From: Eledone cirrhosa | Taxonomy: Eukaryota | Direction: 5' to 3' | Length of the DNA: 64,000 bases | Assembly: GCA_964016885.1 (NCBI GenBank) | Contig: OZ024743.1 | Location: forward strand, 242,978,001 to 243,042,000 | In this document: positions 51,001 through 64,000 of the stretch, one piece after another | Layout: the number at the start of each line of letters is the position of its first letter | Numbering within the stretch: position 1 is the first letter of the stretch | The notes under the pieces: generated by a model | Databases searched by the model: none | Told to the model about the DNA's origin: nothing | The model's input: only the letters and a program-made list of their open reading frames with translations | Made by a program: the position numbers and the translations under genes

Positions 51001-54000
51001 GGTCTGTAACGACCTGTTCAACCCATCCTAGGGTCTGTTATGACCTGGTTAACCCTTCCTAGTGTTTGTAACAACCTGTTCAACCCACCCTAGGGTCTCT
51101 AATGTCCTGTTCCGCCCACCCTAGGGTCTGTAATGACATGTTCAACCTACCCTAGGGTGTGTAATGACCTGTTCCACCCATCCGACGGTCTGTAACGACC
51201 TGTTCCACCCATCCGAGGGTCTCTAACGACCGGTTCAACCCATCCTAGGGTCTGTAACAACCTGTTCAACCCATCCTAGGTTCTGTAACAAGCTGTTCAA
51301 CCCATCCTAGAGTCTGTAATGACCTGTTCAACCCACCCTAGTGTCTGTAACAACCTGTTCAACCCATCCTAGGGTCTGTAATGACCTGTTCAACCCATCC
51401 TAGGGTCTCTAATGACCTGTTCAACCCACCCTAGCGTCTGTAATCACCTGTTCAACCCATCCTAGGGTCTGTAATGACCTGTTCAACCTATCCTAGGGTC
51501 TGTAATGACCTGTTCAACCCATCCTAGGGTCTGTAATGACCTGTTCAACCTATCCTAGGGTCTGTAATGACCTGTTCAACCCATCCTAGAGTCTGTAATG
51601 ACCTGATCAACCTATCCTAGGGTCTGTAATGACCTGTTCAACCTATCCTAGGGTCTGTAATGACCTGTTCAACCCATCCTAGAGTCTGTAATGACCTGTT
51701 CAACCTATCCTAGGGTCTGTAATGACCTGTTCAACCCATTCTAGGGTCTGTAACCTGTTCAACCCACCCTAGGCTCTGTAATGACATGTTCAACCCATCC
51801 TAGGGTCTGTGACCATCTGTTCAACCCTTCCTTGGGTCAGTAACTACGTCTTCAACCCACCCTAGGGTCTGTAATGACCTTTTCAACACATCGTAGGGTC
51901 TGTAATGACATGTTCAACCTACACTAAGGTCTGTAATCACTTGTTCATCACATCCTAAGGTCTGTAATAACCTGTTCAACCCATCCTAGGGTCTGTAATC
52001 ACCTGCTCAACCCATCCTAGGGTCTGTAATGACCTGTTCAACCCATCCTGAGGTCTGTAATGACATGTTCAACCTATCCTAGGGTGTTTCATGACATGTT
52101 CAACCCATCCTAGGGTCTGTAATGACGTTTTCAACCCATCCTAGGGTCTGTAACGTTCTGTTCAACCCACCCTAGCGTCTGTAATGAGCTGTTCAACCTA
52201 TCCTAGGGTCTGTAATGAACTGTTCAACCAACCCTAGGGTCTGTAAACACCTGTTAAACCCAACCTAGGGTCTGTAATGACCTGTTCAACCCCTCCTAGG
52301 ATCTGTAATGACCAGTTCAACCTATCCTAGGGTCTGTACCGACCTGTTCAACCTATCCTAGGGTCTGTAATGACCCGTTCAACCCACCCTAGGGTCTGTA
52401 ATGACCTGGTCAACCCATCCCAGGGTCTGTAATGACCTGTTCAACCAATCGTAAGGTCTGTAATGACCAGTTCAACCCATCCTGGGTTCTGTAATGACCT
52501 GTTAAACCCATACTAGGGTCTGTAACGACCTGTTCAACCCATCCTAGGGTCTGTTATGACCTGGTTAACCCTTCCTAGTGTTTGTAACAACCTGTTCAAC
52601 CCACCCTAGGGTCTCTAATGTCCTGTTCCGCCCACCCTAGGGTCTGTAATGACATGTTCAACCTACCCTAGGGTCTGTAATAACCTGTTCCACCCATCCG
52701 AGGGTCTGTAACGACCTGTTCCACCCATCCGAGGGTCTCTAACGACCGGTTCAACCCATCCTAGGGTCTGTAACAACCTGTTCAACCCATCCTAGGTTCT
52801 GTAACAACCTGTTCAACCCATCCTAGGGTCTGTAATGACCTGTTCAACCCATCCTAGGGTCTGTAATGACCTGTTCAACCCACCCTAGGGTCTGTAATCA
52901 CCTGTTCAACCCATCCTAGGGTCTGTAATGACCTGTTCAACCTATCCTAGGGTCTGTAATGACCTGTTCAACCCATCCTAGGGTCTGTAATGACCTGTTC
53001 AACCTATCCTAGGGTCTGTAATGACCTGTTCAACCCATCCTAGAGTCTGTAATGACCTGATCAACCTATCCTAGGGTCTGTAATGACCTGTTCAACCTAT
53101 CCTAGGGTCTGTAATGACCTGTTCAACCCACACGAGAGTCTGTAATGACCTGTTCAACCTATCCTAGGGTCTGTAATGACCTGTTCAACCTATCCTAGGG
53201 TCTGTAATGACCTGTTCAACCCATCCTAGAGTCTGTAATGACCTGATCAACCTATCCTAGGGTCTGTAATGACCTGTTCAACCTATCCTAGGGTCTGTAA
53301 TGACCTGTTCAACCCATCCTAGAGTCTGTAATGACCTGTTCAACCCACACGAGAGTCTGTAATGACCTGTTCAACCTATCCTAGGGTCTGTAATGACCTG
53401 TTCAACCTATCCTAGGGTCTGTAATGACCTGTTCAACCTATCCTAGGGTCTGTAATGACCTGATCAACCTATCCTAGGGTCAGTAACAACCTGTTCAACC
53501 CATCCTAGGGTCTGTAATGACCTGTTCAACCCACACGAGGGTCTGTAATGACCTGTTCAACCCATCCTAGAGTCTGTAATGACCTGTTCAACCCACACAA
53601 GGGTCTGTAATGACCTGTTCAACCCATCCTAGGGTCAGTAACAACCTGTTCAACCCATCCTAGGGTCTGTAATGACCTGTTCAACCCACACGAGGGTCTG
53701 TAATGACCTGTTCAACCTATCCTAGGGTCTGTACCTACCTGTTCAACCTATCCTAGGGTCTGTAATGACCTGTTCAACCCATCCTAGGGTCTGTAACGAT
53801 CTGTTCAACCCATCCTAGGGTATGTAATGACCTGTTCAACCTATCCTAGGGTCTGTACCTACCTGTTCAACCTATCCTAGGGTCTGTAATGACCTATTCA
53901 AACCACCCTAGGGTCTGTAACGACATGTTCAACCCAACCTAGGGTCCGTAAAAACCTGTTCAACCCATCCTAGGGTCTGTAATGATCTGTTCAACCCATC

Positions 54001-57000
54001 CTAGTGTCTGTAATGACCTGTTCAACCTATCCTAGGGTCTGTAATGACCTGTTCAAACCATCCTAGTGTCTGTAAAAACCTGTTCAACCCATCCTAGTGT
54101 CTGTAATGACCTCTTCAACCGATCGTAGGGTCTGTAATGACCTGTTCAACCCAACCTAGGGTCTGTAATGACCTGTTCAACGCATCCTAGGGTCTGTAAT
54201 GACCACTCCAACCCACTCTAGGGTCTGTAACGACCTGTTCAACCCACCCTAGGGTCTGTAACGACCTGTTCAACCCTTCCTAGGGTCTGTAACAACCTGT
54301 TCAACCCATCCTAGGGTCTGTAATGATCTGCTCATCCCATCCTAGGGTCTGTAACAACCTGTTCAACATACCCTAGTGTCTGTAATGACATGTTCAACCC
54401 ATCCTGGGGTCTGTAACAACCTGTTCAAGCCATCCTAGGGTCTGTAATGACCTGTTCAAGCCATCCTAGGGTCTGTAACGACCTGTTCAACCCAACCTAG
54501 GATCTGTAACGACCTGTTCAACGTATCCTAGGGTCTGTAATGACCTGTTCTACCCACCCTAGGGTCTGTAATAACCTGTTCAACCCATCCTAGGTTATGT
54601 AACGACCTGTTCAACCTATCCTAGGGTCTGTAATGAACTGTTCAACCATACCTAGGGTATGTAATGACCCGTTCAACCCATGCTAGTGTCTGTAATGACC
54701 TGTTAAACCCACCCTAGGGTCTGTAACAACCTGTTCAACCCATCCTAGAATCTGTAATGACCTCTTCAACCTATCCTAGGGTCTGTAATGATCTCTTCAA
54801 CCCAACCTAGGGTCTGTAATGACCTGTTCTACCCATCCTAGTGTCTGTAACGACCTGTTAAACCCACCCTAGGGTCTGTAACAACTTGTTCAACCCACCC
54901 TAGGGTCTGTAATGACCTGTTCAACCCATTCTAGGGTCTGTAACCTGTTCAACCCACCCTAGGCTCTGTAATGACATGTTCAACCCATCCTAGGGTCTGT
55001 GACCATCTGTTCAACCCTTCCTTGGGTCAGTAACTACGTCTTCAACCCACCCTAGGGTCTGTAATGACCTTTTCAACACATCGTAGGGTCTGTAATGACA
55101 TGTTCAACCTACACTAAGGTCTGTAATCACTTGTTCATCACATCCTAAGGTCTGTAATAACCTGTTCAACCCATCCTAGGGTCTGTAATCACCTGCTCAA
55201 CCCATCCTAGGGTCTGTAATGACCTGTTCAACCCATCCTGAGGTCTGTAATGACATGTTCAACCTATCCTAGGGTGTTTCATGACATGTTCAACCCATCC
55301 TAGGGTCTGTAATGACGTTTTCAACCCATCCTAGGGTCTGTAACGTTCTGTTCAACCCACCCTAGCGTCTGTAATGAGCTGTTCAACCTATCCTAGGGTC
55401 TGTAATGAACTGTTCAACCAACCCTAGGGTCTGTAAACACCTGTTAAACCCAACCTAGGGTCTGTAATGACCTGTTCACCCCTCCTAGGATCTGTAATGA
55501 CCAGTTCAACCTATCCTAGGGTCTGTAATGACATGGTCAACCCATCCCAGGGTCTGTAATGACCTGTTCAACCCATCGTAAGGTCTGTAATGACCAGTTC
55601 AACCCATCCTGGGTTCTGTAATGACCTGTTAAACCCATACTAGGGTCTGTAACGACCTGTTCAACCCATCCTAGGGTCTGTTATGACCTGGTTAACCCTT
55701 CCAAGTGTTTGTAACAACCTGTTCAACCCACCCTAGGGTCTCTAATGTCCTGTTCCGCCCACCCTAGGGTCTGTAATGACATGTTCAACCTACCCTAGGG
55801 TCTGTAATGACCTGTTCAACCCACTCTAGGGTCTGCAATGACCTATTCAATGCATCCAGGGGTCTGTAGTGACCTGTTCAACCCATCCTAGGGTCTGTAA
55901 CGATCTGTTCAACCCACACTAGGGTCTGTAATGACCTGTTCAACCCTTTCTAAAGTCTGTAACAACCTGTTCAACCCACCCTAGGGTCTGTAATGACCTG
56001 TGCAACCCTTCCTAGTGTTTGTAACAACCTGTTCAACCCACCCTAGGGTGTGTAATGACCTGTTCAACCCACCCTAGGGTCTCTTACGACCTGTTCAACC
56101 TTTCCTTGGGTCTGTAATAAACTGTTCAACCATACCTAGGGTCTGTAATCACTTGTTTATAACATCCTAGGGTCTGTAATAACCTGTTCAACCCATCCTA
56201 GGGTGTGTAATGACCTGTTCAACCTATACTATAGTCTGTAACGATCTGTTCAAACCACCCTAGGGTCTGTAATGACCCGTTCAACCCACCCTAGGGTATG
56301 TAATGACCTGTTCAGCCCATCCGAGGGTCTGTAACGATCCGTTCAACCCATCCTAGGGTCTGTAATGACTTGTTCTACCCACCATAAGATCTGTAATGAC
56401 CTGTTCAACCCTTCCTAGGGTCTGTAACGACCTGTTAAACCCTTCCTAGTGTTTGTAACAAGCTGTTCAACCCACCCTAGGGTGTGTAATGACCTGTTCA
56501 ACCCACCATAGGTTCTGTAATGACCCGTTCAAACCACCCTAGGGTCTGAAATGTTCTCTTCAACCCATCCTATTGTCTGTAACAACCTGTTCAACCCAAC
56601 CTAGGGTCTGTAATAACTTGTTCTACCCATCCTAGGGTCTGTAACAACCTGTTCAACCCACCATAGGATCTGTAATAACCTGTTCAACCCATTCTAGGGT
56701 CTGTAATGACCTGTTCAACCCACCCAAGGGTCTATAATGACCTGTTCAACACATCCTAGGATCTGTAATGACCTGTTCAACCCATCCTAGGGTGTGTAAT
56801 GACCAGTTCAACCCATGCTAGTGTCTGTAATGACCTGTTCACCCCATCCTAGCGTCAGTAATGAGCTGTTCAAACTATGTTAGAGTCAGTAATGACATGT
56901 TCAACCCACGCTAGCGTCTGTAATGACCTGTTAAACCCATGCTAGGGTCTGTAACGACCTGTTAAACCCACCTTAGTGTCTGTAATGACCTGTTCAACCC

Positions 57001-60000
57001 ATCCTAGGGTCTGTAATGACCTGCTCAACCCATCCTAGGGTCTGTAATGACCTGTTCAACCCACCCTAGGGTCTGTAATGACCTGTTCAACACACCCTGG
57101 GGTCTGTAATGAACTGATCAACCCACCCTAGGGCCTGTAATAACCTGTTCAACGCATCCAGTGGTCTGTAATGACCAGTTCAACCCATCCTAAGGTTTGT
57201 AATGACCTGTTCCACCCATCCTAATGTCTGTAATGACCTCTTCAACCTATCCTAGGGCCTGTAATGATCTCTTCAACCCAACCTAGGGTCTGTAATGACC
57301 TGTTCTACCCATCCTAGGGTCTGTAACGACCTGTTAAACCGATCCTGGGTCTGTAACAACTTGTTCAACCCACCCAAGGCTCTGTAATGAACTGTTCAAC
57401 CCATTCTAGGGTCTGTAATGACCTGTTCAACCCACCCTAGGCTCTGTTACCATCTGTTCAACCCTTCCTGGTGTCTGTAACTACTTCTTCAACCCATCCT
57501 AGGGTCTGTAACAACCTGTTCAACCCACCCTAGGGTCTGTAATGACCTTTTCAACCCATCGTAGGGTCTGTAATGACATGTTCAACCTACACTAAGGTCT
57601 GTAATCACTTGTTCATCACATCCTAGGGTCTGTAATAACCTGTTCAACCCATCCTAGGGTCTGTAATCACCTGCTCAACCCATCCTAGGGTCTGTAATGA
57701 CCTGTTCAACCCATCCTAAGGTCTGTAATGCCCTGTTCAATCTACCCTAGGGTGTTTAATGACTTGTTCAACCCATCCTAGGGTCTGTAATGACCTTTTC
57801 AACCCATCCTAGGGTCTGTAACGTTCTGTTCAACCCACCCTAGCGTCTGTAATGAGCTGTTAAACCCAACCTGGGGTCTGTAATGAGCTGTTCAACCCAT
57901 CGTAAGGTCTGTAATGACCAGTTCAACCCACCCTAGGATCTGTAATGACCTATTCCGCCCACCCTAGGGTCTGTAATGAAATGTTCAACCTACCCTAGGG
58001 TCTGTAATGACCTGTTCAACCCACTCTAGGGTCTGCAATGACCTGTTCAACGCATCCAGGGGTCTCTAGTGACCTGTTCAACCCATCCTAAGGTCTGTAA
58101 TGACCTGTTCAACCCAGCCTAGGGTCTGTATTGACCTGTTCAACCCACTCTAGGGTCTGTAATGACCTGTTCAACGCATCCGGGGCTCTGTAATGACCTG
58201 TTCAACCTATCCTAGGGTCTGTAATGACCTGTTCAAGCCATCCTAGGGTCTGTAATGACATGTTCAACGCATCCTAGGGTCTGTAATGATCTGTTCAACC
58301 CACACTAGGGTCTGTAATGACCTATTAAACCCACCCTAGGTTCTGTAATGACATGTTCAACGCATCCCAGGGTCTGTAATGATCTGTTCAACCCACACTA
58401 GGGTCTGTAATGACCTATTAAACCCACCCTAGTGTCTGTAATGACCTGTTCAACACATCCTAGGGTCTGTAATGACCTGTGCACCCCTTCCTAGAGTTTG
58501 TAACAACCTGTTCAACCCACCCTAGTGTGTGTAATGACCTGTTCAACCCACCCTAGGGTCTCCTACGACCTGTTCAACCTTTCCTTGGGTCTGTAATGAA
58601 ATGTTCAACCCACCTTAGGGTCTGTAATCACTTGTTTATAACATCCTAGGGTCTGTAATAACCTGTTCAACCCATCCTAGGGTGTGTAATGACCTGTTCA
58701 ACCTATACTAGGGTCTGTAACAATCTGTTCAAACCCACCCTAGGGTCTGTAATGACCCTTTCAACCCACCCTAGGGTATGTAATGACCTGTTCAGCCCAT
58801 CCGAGGGTCTGTAACGATCCGTTCTGCCCATCCTAGGGTCTGTAACGACCTGTTCAACCCACCATAAGATCTGTAATGACCTGTTCAGCCCTTCCTAGTG
58901 TTTGTAACAACCTGTTCAACCCAACCTAGGATCTGTAATAACCTGTTCAACCCATCCTAGGGTCTGTAATGACCTGTTCAACCCACCCTAGGGTCTATAA
59001 TGACCTGTTCAACGCATCCTAGGGTCTGTAATGACCTGTTCAACCTATGCTAGGGCCTGTAATGAACTGTTCAACCCACACTAGGGTCTGTAATGACCTG
59101 GTCAACCCATCCCAGCGTCTGTAATGACCTGTTCAACCCATCCTAGGGTCTGTTATGACCTGTTCAACCCTTCCTAGTGTTTGTAACAACCATTTCAACC
59201 TATCCTAGGGTCTGTAATGACCTGTTCCACCCACCCTAGGGTCTGTAATGACATGTTCAACCCACCCTAGGGTCTGTAATGACCTTTTCAACCCATCCTA
59301 GGGTCTGTAACGATCTGTTAAACCCACCCTAGAGTCTGTAATGACCTGTTCAACCCATGCTTGGGTCTGTAATGACCTGTTCAACCCATCCTAGGGTCTG
59401 TAACGACCTGTTCCACCTATCCTAGGGTCTATAACCACCTGTTACACCTACCCTAGGGTCTGTAACGACGTGTTCAATCCAACCTAGCGTCTGTTATGAC
59501 CTATTCAAGCCTTCCTAGTGTTTGTAACAACCTGTTCAACCAACCCTATGGTCTGTAATGACCTGTTCAACTTATCCTAGGGTCTTTAACGACCTGTTCA
59601 ACCTATCCTAGGGTCTGTAATGACCTGTTCAACCAACCCTATGGTCTGTAATGACCTGTTCAACCTATCCTAGGGTCTGTAATGACGTGTTCAACCCATC
59701 CTAGAGTCTGTAATGACCTGTTCAACCTATCCTAGGGTCTGTAATGACCTGTTCAACCCATCCTAGAGTCTGTAATGACCTGTTCAACCCACACAAGGGT
59801 CTGTAATGACCTGTTCAACCTATCCTAGGGTCTGTAATGACATGTTCAACCCATCCTAGGGTCAGTAACAACCTGTTCAACCCATCCTAGGGTCTGTAAT
59901 GACCTGTTCAACCCACACGAGGGTCTGTAATGACCTGTTCAACCTATCCTAGGGTCTGTACCTACCTGTTCAACCTATCCTAGGGTCTGTAATGACCTGT

Positions 60001-63000
60001 TCAACCCATCCTAGGGTCTGTAACGATCTGTTCAACCCATCCTAGGGTCTGTAATGACCTGTTCAACCCATCCTAGGGTCTGTAATGATCTGTTCAACCC
60101 ATCCTAGTGTCTGTAATGACCTGTTCAACCTATCCTAGGGTCTGTAATGACCTGTTCAACCCAACCTAGGGTCTGTAATGACCTCTTCAACCGATCGTAG
60201 GGTCTGTAATGACCTGTTCAACCCAACCTAGGGTCTGTAATGACCTGTTCAACGCATCCTAGGGTCTGTAATGATCTGTTCAACCCATCCTAGTGTCTGT
60301 AATGACCTGTTCAACCCAACCTAGGGTCTGTAATGACCTGTTCAACGCATCCTAGGGTCTGTAATGACCTCTTCAACCGATCGTAGGGTCTGTAATGACC
60401 TGTTCAACCCAACCTAGGGTCTGTAATGACCTGTTCAACGCATCCTAGGGTCTGTAATGACCTCTTCAACCGATCGTAGGGTCTGTAATGACCTGTTCAA
60501 CCCAACCTAGGGTCTGTAACAACCTGTTCAACCCACCCTAGGGTCTGTAACGACCTGTTCAACCCTTCCTAGGGTCTGTAACAACCTGTTCAACCCATCC
60601 TACGGTCTGTAATGATCTGTTCATCCCATCCTAGGGTCTGTAACAACCTGTTCAACATACCCTAGTGTCTGTAATGACATGTTCAACCCATCCTGGGGTC
60701 TGTAACAACCTGTTCAATCCATCCTAGGGTCTGTAATGACCTGTTCAAGCCATCCTAGGGTCAGTAACAACCTGTTCAACCCATCCTAGTGTCTGTAACA
60801 ACCTGTTCAACCCAACCTAGGGTCTGTAACGACCTGTTCAACCCAACCTAGGATCTGTAACGACCTGTTCAATGTATCCTAGGGTCTGTAATGACCTGTT
60901 CTACCCACCCTAGGGTCTGTAATAACCTGTTCAACCCATCCTAGGTTATGTAACGACCTGTTCAACCTATCCTAGGGTCTGTAATGAACTGTTCAACCAT
61001 ACCTAGGGTATGTAATGACCCGTTCAACCCATGCTAGTGTCTGTAATGACCTGTTAAACCCACCCTAGGGCCTGTAACAACCTTTTCAACCCATCCTAGA
61101 ATCTGTAATGACCTCTTCAACCTATCCTAGGGTCTGTAATGATCTCTTCAACCCAACCTAGGGTCTGTAATGACCTGTTCTACCCATCCTAGTGTCTGTA
61201 ACGACCTGTTAAACCCACCCTAGGGTCTGTAACAACTTGTTCAACCCACCCTAGGGTCTGTAATGACCTGTTCAACCCATTCTAGGGTCTGTAACCTGTT
61301 CAACCCACCCTAGGCTCTGTAATGACATGTTCAACCCATCCTAGGGTCTGTGACCATCTGTTCAACCCTTCCTTGGGTCAGTAACTACGTCTTCAACCCA
61401 CCCTAGGGTCTGTAATGACCTTTTCAACACATCGTAGGGTCTGTAATGACATGTTCAACCTACACTAAGGTCTGTAATCACTTGTTCATCACATCCTACG
61501 GTCTGTAATCACCTGTTCAACCTACACTAAGGTCTGTAATCACTTGTTCATCACATCCTAAGGTCTGTAATAACCTGTTCAACCCATCCTAGGGTCTGTA
61601 ATCACCTGCTCAACCCATCCTAGGGTCTGTAATGACCTGTTCAACCCATCCTGAGGTCTGTAATGACATGTTCAACCTATCCTAGGGTGTTTCATGACAT
61701 GTTCAACCCATCCTAGGGTCTGTAATGACGTTTTCAACCCATCCTAGGGTCTGTAACGTTCTGTTCAACCCACCCTAGCGTCTGTAATGAGCTGTTCAAC
61801 CTATCCTAGGGTCTGTAATGAACTGTTCAACCAACCCTAGGGTCTGTAAACACCTGTTAAACCCAACCTAGGGTCTGTAATGACCTGTTCAACCCCTCCT
61901 AGGATCTGTAATGACCAGTTCAACCTATCCTAGGGTCTGTACCGACCTGTTCAACCTATCCTAGGGTCTGTAATGACCCGTTCAACCCACCCTAGGGTCT
62001 GTAATGACCTGGTCAACCCATCCCAGGGTCTGTAATGACCTGTTCAACCCATCGTAAGGTCTGTAATGACCAGTTCAACCCATCCTGGGTTCTGTAATGA
62101 CCTGTTAAACACATACTAGGGTCTGTAACGACCTGTTCAACCCATCCTAGGGTCTGTTATGACCTGGTTAACCCTTCCTAGTGTTTGTAACAACCTGTTC
62201 AACCCACCCTAGGGTCTCTAATGTCCTGTTCCGCCCACCCTAGGGTCTGTAATGACATGTTCAACCTACCCTAGGGTGTGTAATGACCTGTTCCACCCAT
62301 CCGACGGTCTGTAACGACCTGTTCCACCCATCCGAGGGTCTCTAACGACCGGTTCAACCCATCCTAGGGTCTGTAACAACCTGTTCAACCCATCCTAGGT
62401 TCTGTAACAAGCTGTTCAACCCATCCTAGAGTCTGTAATGACCTGTTCAACCCACCCTAGTGTCTGTAACAACCTGTTCAACCCATCCTAGGGTCTGTAA
62501 TGACCTGTTCAACCCATCCTAGGGTCTCTAATGACCTGTTCAACCCACCCTAGCGTCTGTAATCACCTGTTCAACCCATCCTAGGGTCTGTAATGACCTG
62601 TTCAACCTATCCTAGGGTCTGTAATGACCTGTTCAACCCATCCTAGGGTCTGTAATGACCTGTTCAACCTATCCTAGGGTCTGTAATGACCTGTTCAACC
62701 CATCCTAGAGTCTGTAATGACCTGATCAACCTATCCTAGGGTCTGTAATGACCTGTTCAACCTATCCTAGGGTCTGTAATGACCTGTTCAACCCATCCTA
62801 GAGTCTGTAATGACCTGTTCAACCTATCCTAGGGTCTGTAATGACCTGTTCAACCCATTCTAGGGTCTGTAACCTGTTCAACCCACCCTAGGCTCTGTAA
62901 TGACATGTTCAACCCATCCTAGGGTCTGTGACCATCTGTTCAACCCTTCCTTGGGTCAGTAACTACGTCTTCAACCCACCCTAGGGTCTGTAATGACCTT

Positions 63001-64000
63001 TTCAACACATCGTAGGGTCTGTAATGACATGTTCAACCTACACTAAGGTCTGTAATCACTTGTTCATCACATCCTAAGGTCTGTAATAACCTGTTCAACC
63101 CATCCTAGGGTCTGTAATCACCTGCTCAACCCATCCTAGGGTCTGTAATGACCTGTTCAACCCATCCTGAGGTCTGTAATGACATGTTCAACCTATCCTA
63201 GGGTGTTTCATGACATGTTCAACCCATCCTAGGGTCTGTAATGACGTTTTCAACCCATCCTAGGGTCTGTAACGTTCTGTTCAACCCACCCTAGCGTCTG
63301 TAATGAGCTGTTCAACCTATCCTAGGGTCTGTAATGAACTGTTCAACCAACCCTAGGGTCTGTAAACACCTGTTAAACCCAACCTAGGGTCTGTAATGAC
63401 CTGTTCAACCCCTCCTAGGATCTGTAATGACCAGTTCAACCTATCCTAGGGTCTGTACCGACCTGTTCAACCTATCCTAGGGTCTGTAATGACCCGTTCA
63501 ACCCACCCTAGGGTCTGTAATGACCTGGTCAACCCATCCCAGGGTCTGTAATGACCTGTTCAACCAATCGTAAGGTCTGTAATGACCAGTTCAACCCATC
63601 CTGGGTTCTGTAATGACCTGTTAAACCCATACTAGGGTCTGTAACGACCTGTTCAACCCATCCTAGGGTCTGTTATGACCTGGTTAACCCTTCCTAGTGT
63701 TTGTAACAACCTGTTCAACCCACCCTAGGGTCTCTAATGTCCTGTTCCGCCCACCCTAGGGTCTGTAATGACATGTTCAACCTACCCTAGGGTCTGTAAT
63801 GACCTGTTCCACCCATCCGAGGGTCTGTAACGACCTGTTCCACCCATCCGAGGGTCTCTAACGACCGGTTCAACCCATCCTAGGGTCTGTAACAACCTGT
63901 TCAACCCATCCTAGGTTCTGTAACAACCTGTTCAACCCATCCTAGGGTCTGTAATGACCTGTTCAACCCATCCTAGGGTCTGTAATGACCTGTTCAACCC
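33068..64000. repeat. 31-bp satellite DNA array (~1000 monomers, continues past the window edge) with higher-order repeats
   Basis: Consensus GGGTCTGTAATGACCTGTTCAACCCATCCTA, head-to-tail in a single orientation with no insertions. No ORFs of 60 aa or more. Variant monomers recur at fixed kb-scale periods. Confidence 0.99.

Noticed and set aside
33068-64000. CRISPR-like array (31-bp repeats)
   Set aside because: Monomers are head-to-tail with no unique spacers, there are no cas genes, and the context is eukaryotic.
33068-64000. Telomeric repeat or repetitive protein-coding exon
   Set aside because: Each monomer has TAGGG but there are no (TTAGGG)n runs. 31 is not a multiple of 3 and both strands carry stops in the consensus monomer, so all frames close quickly.

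Overview
AT-rich, repeat-dense eukaryotic DNA. The SINE/RTE-LINE repertoire and (TA)n density look cephalopod (octopus-like); this is my inference. Bases 1-~950 hold the promoter and first exon of a minus-strand host gene (YY1-type AACATGGCGG, a 4-codon uORF, then ATG ACA GCG AAG|GTGAGT). Bases ~1.8-33 kb are decayed transposons: several RTE LINE copies (one with a PHD finger inserted inside the reverse transcriptase), tRNA-derived SINEs, Helitron-like elements, Penelope-like hammerhead remnants, a solo LTR, a gag-deleted Gypsy element (18409-23748), fold-back palindromes and three minisatellites (47, ~48 and 32 bp). From ~33068 to the end is an uninterrupted array of ~1000 copies of a 31-bp satellite with nested higher-order structure (3779-bp, ~1.5-kb, ~6.2-kb and 17,250-bp periods). 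Its monomer matches the 3'-terminal motif of the local RTE LINE/SINE family. The main story is LINE sequence turning into tandem DNA at several scales. All coordinates and counts were read by eye.
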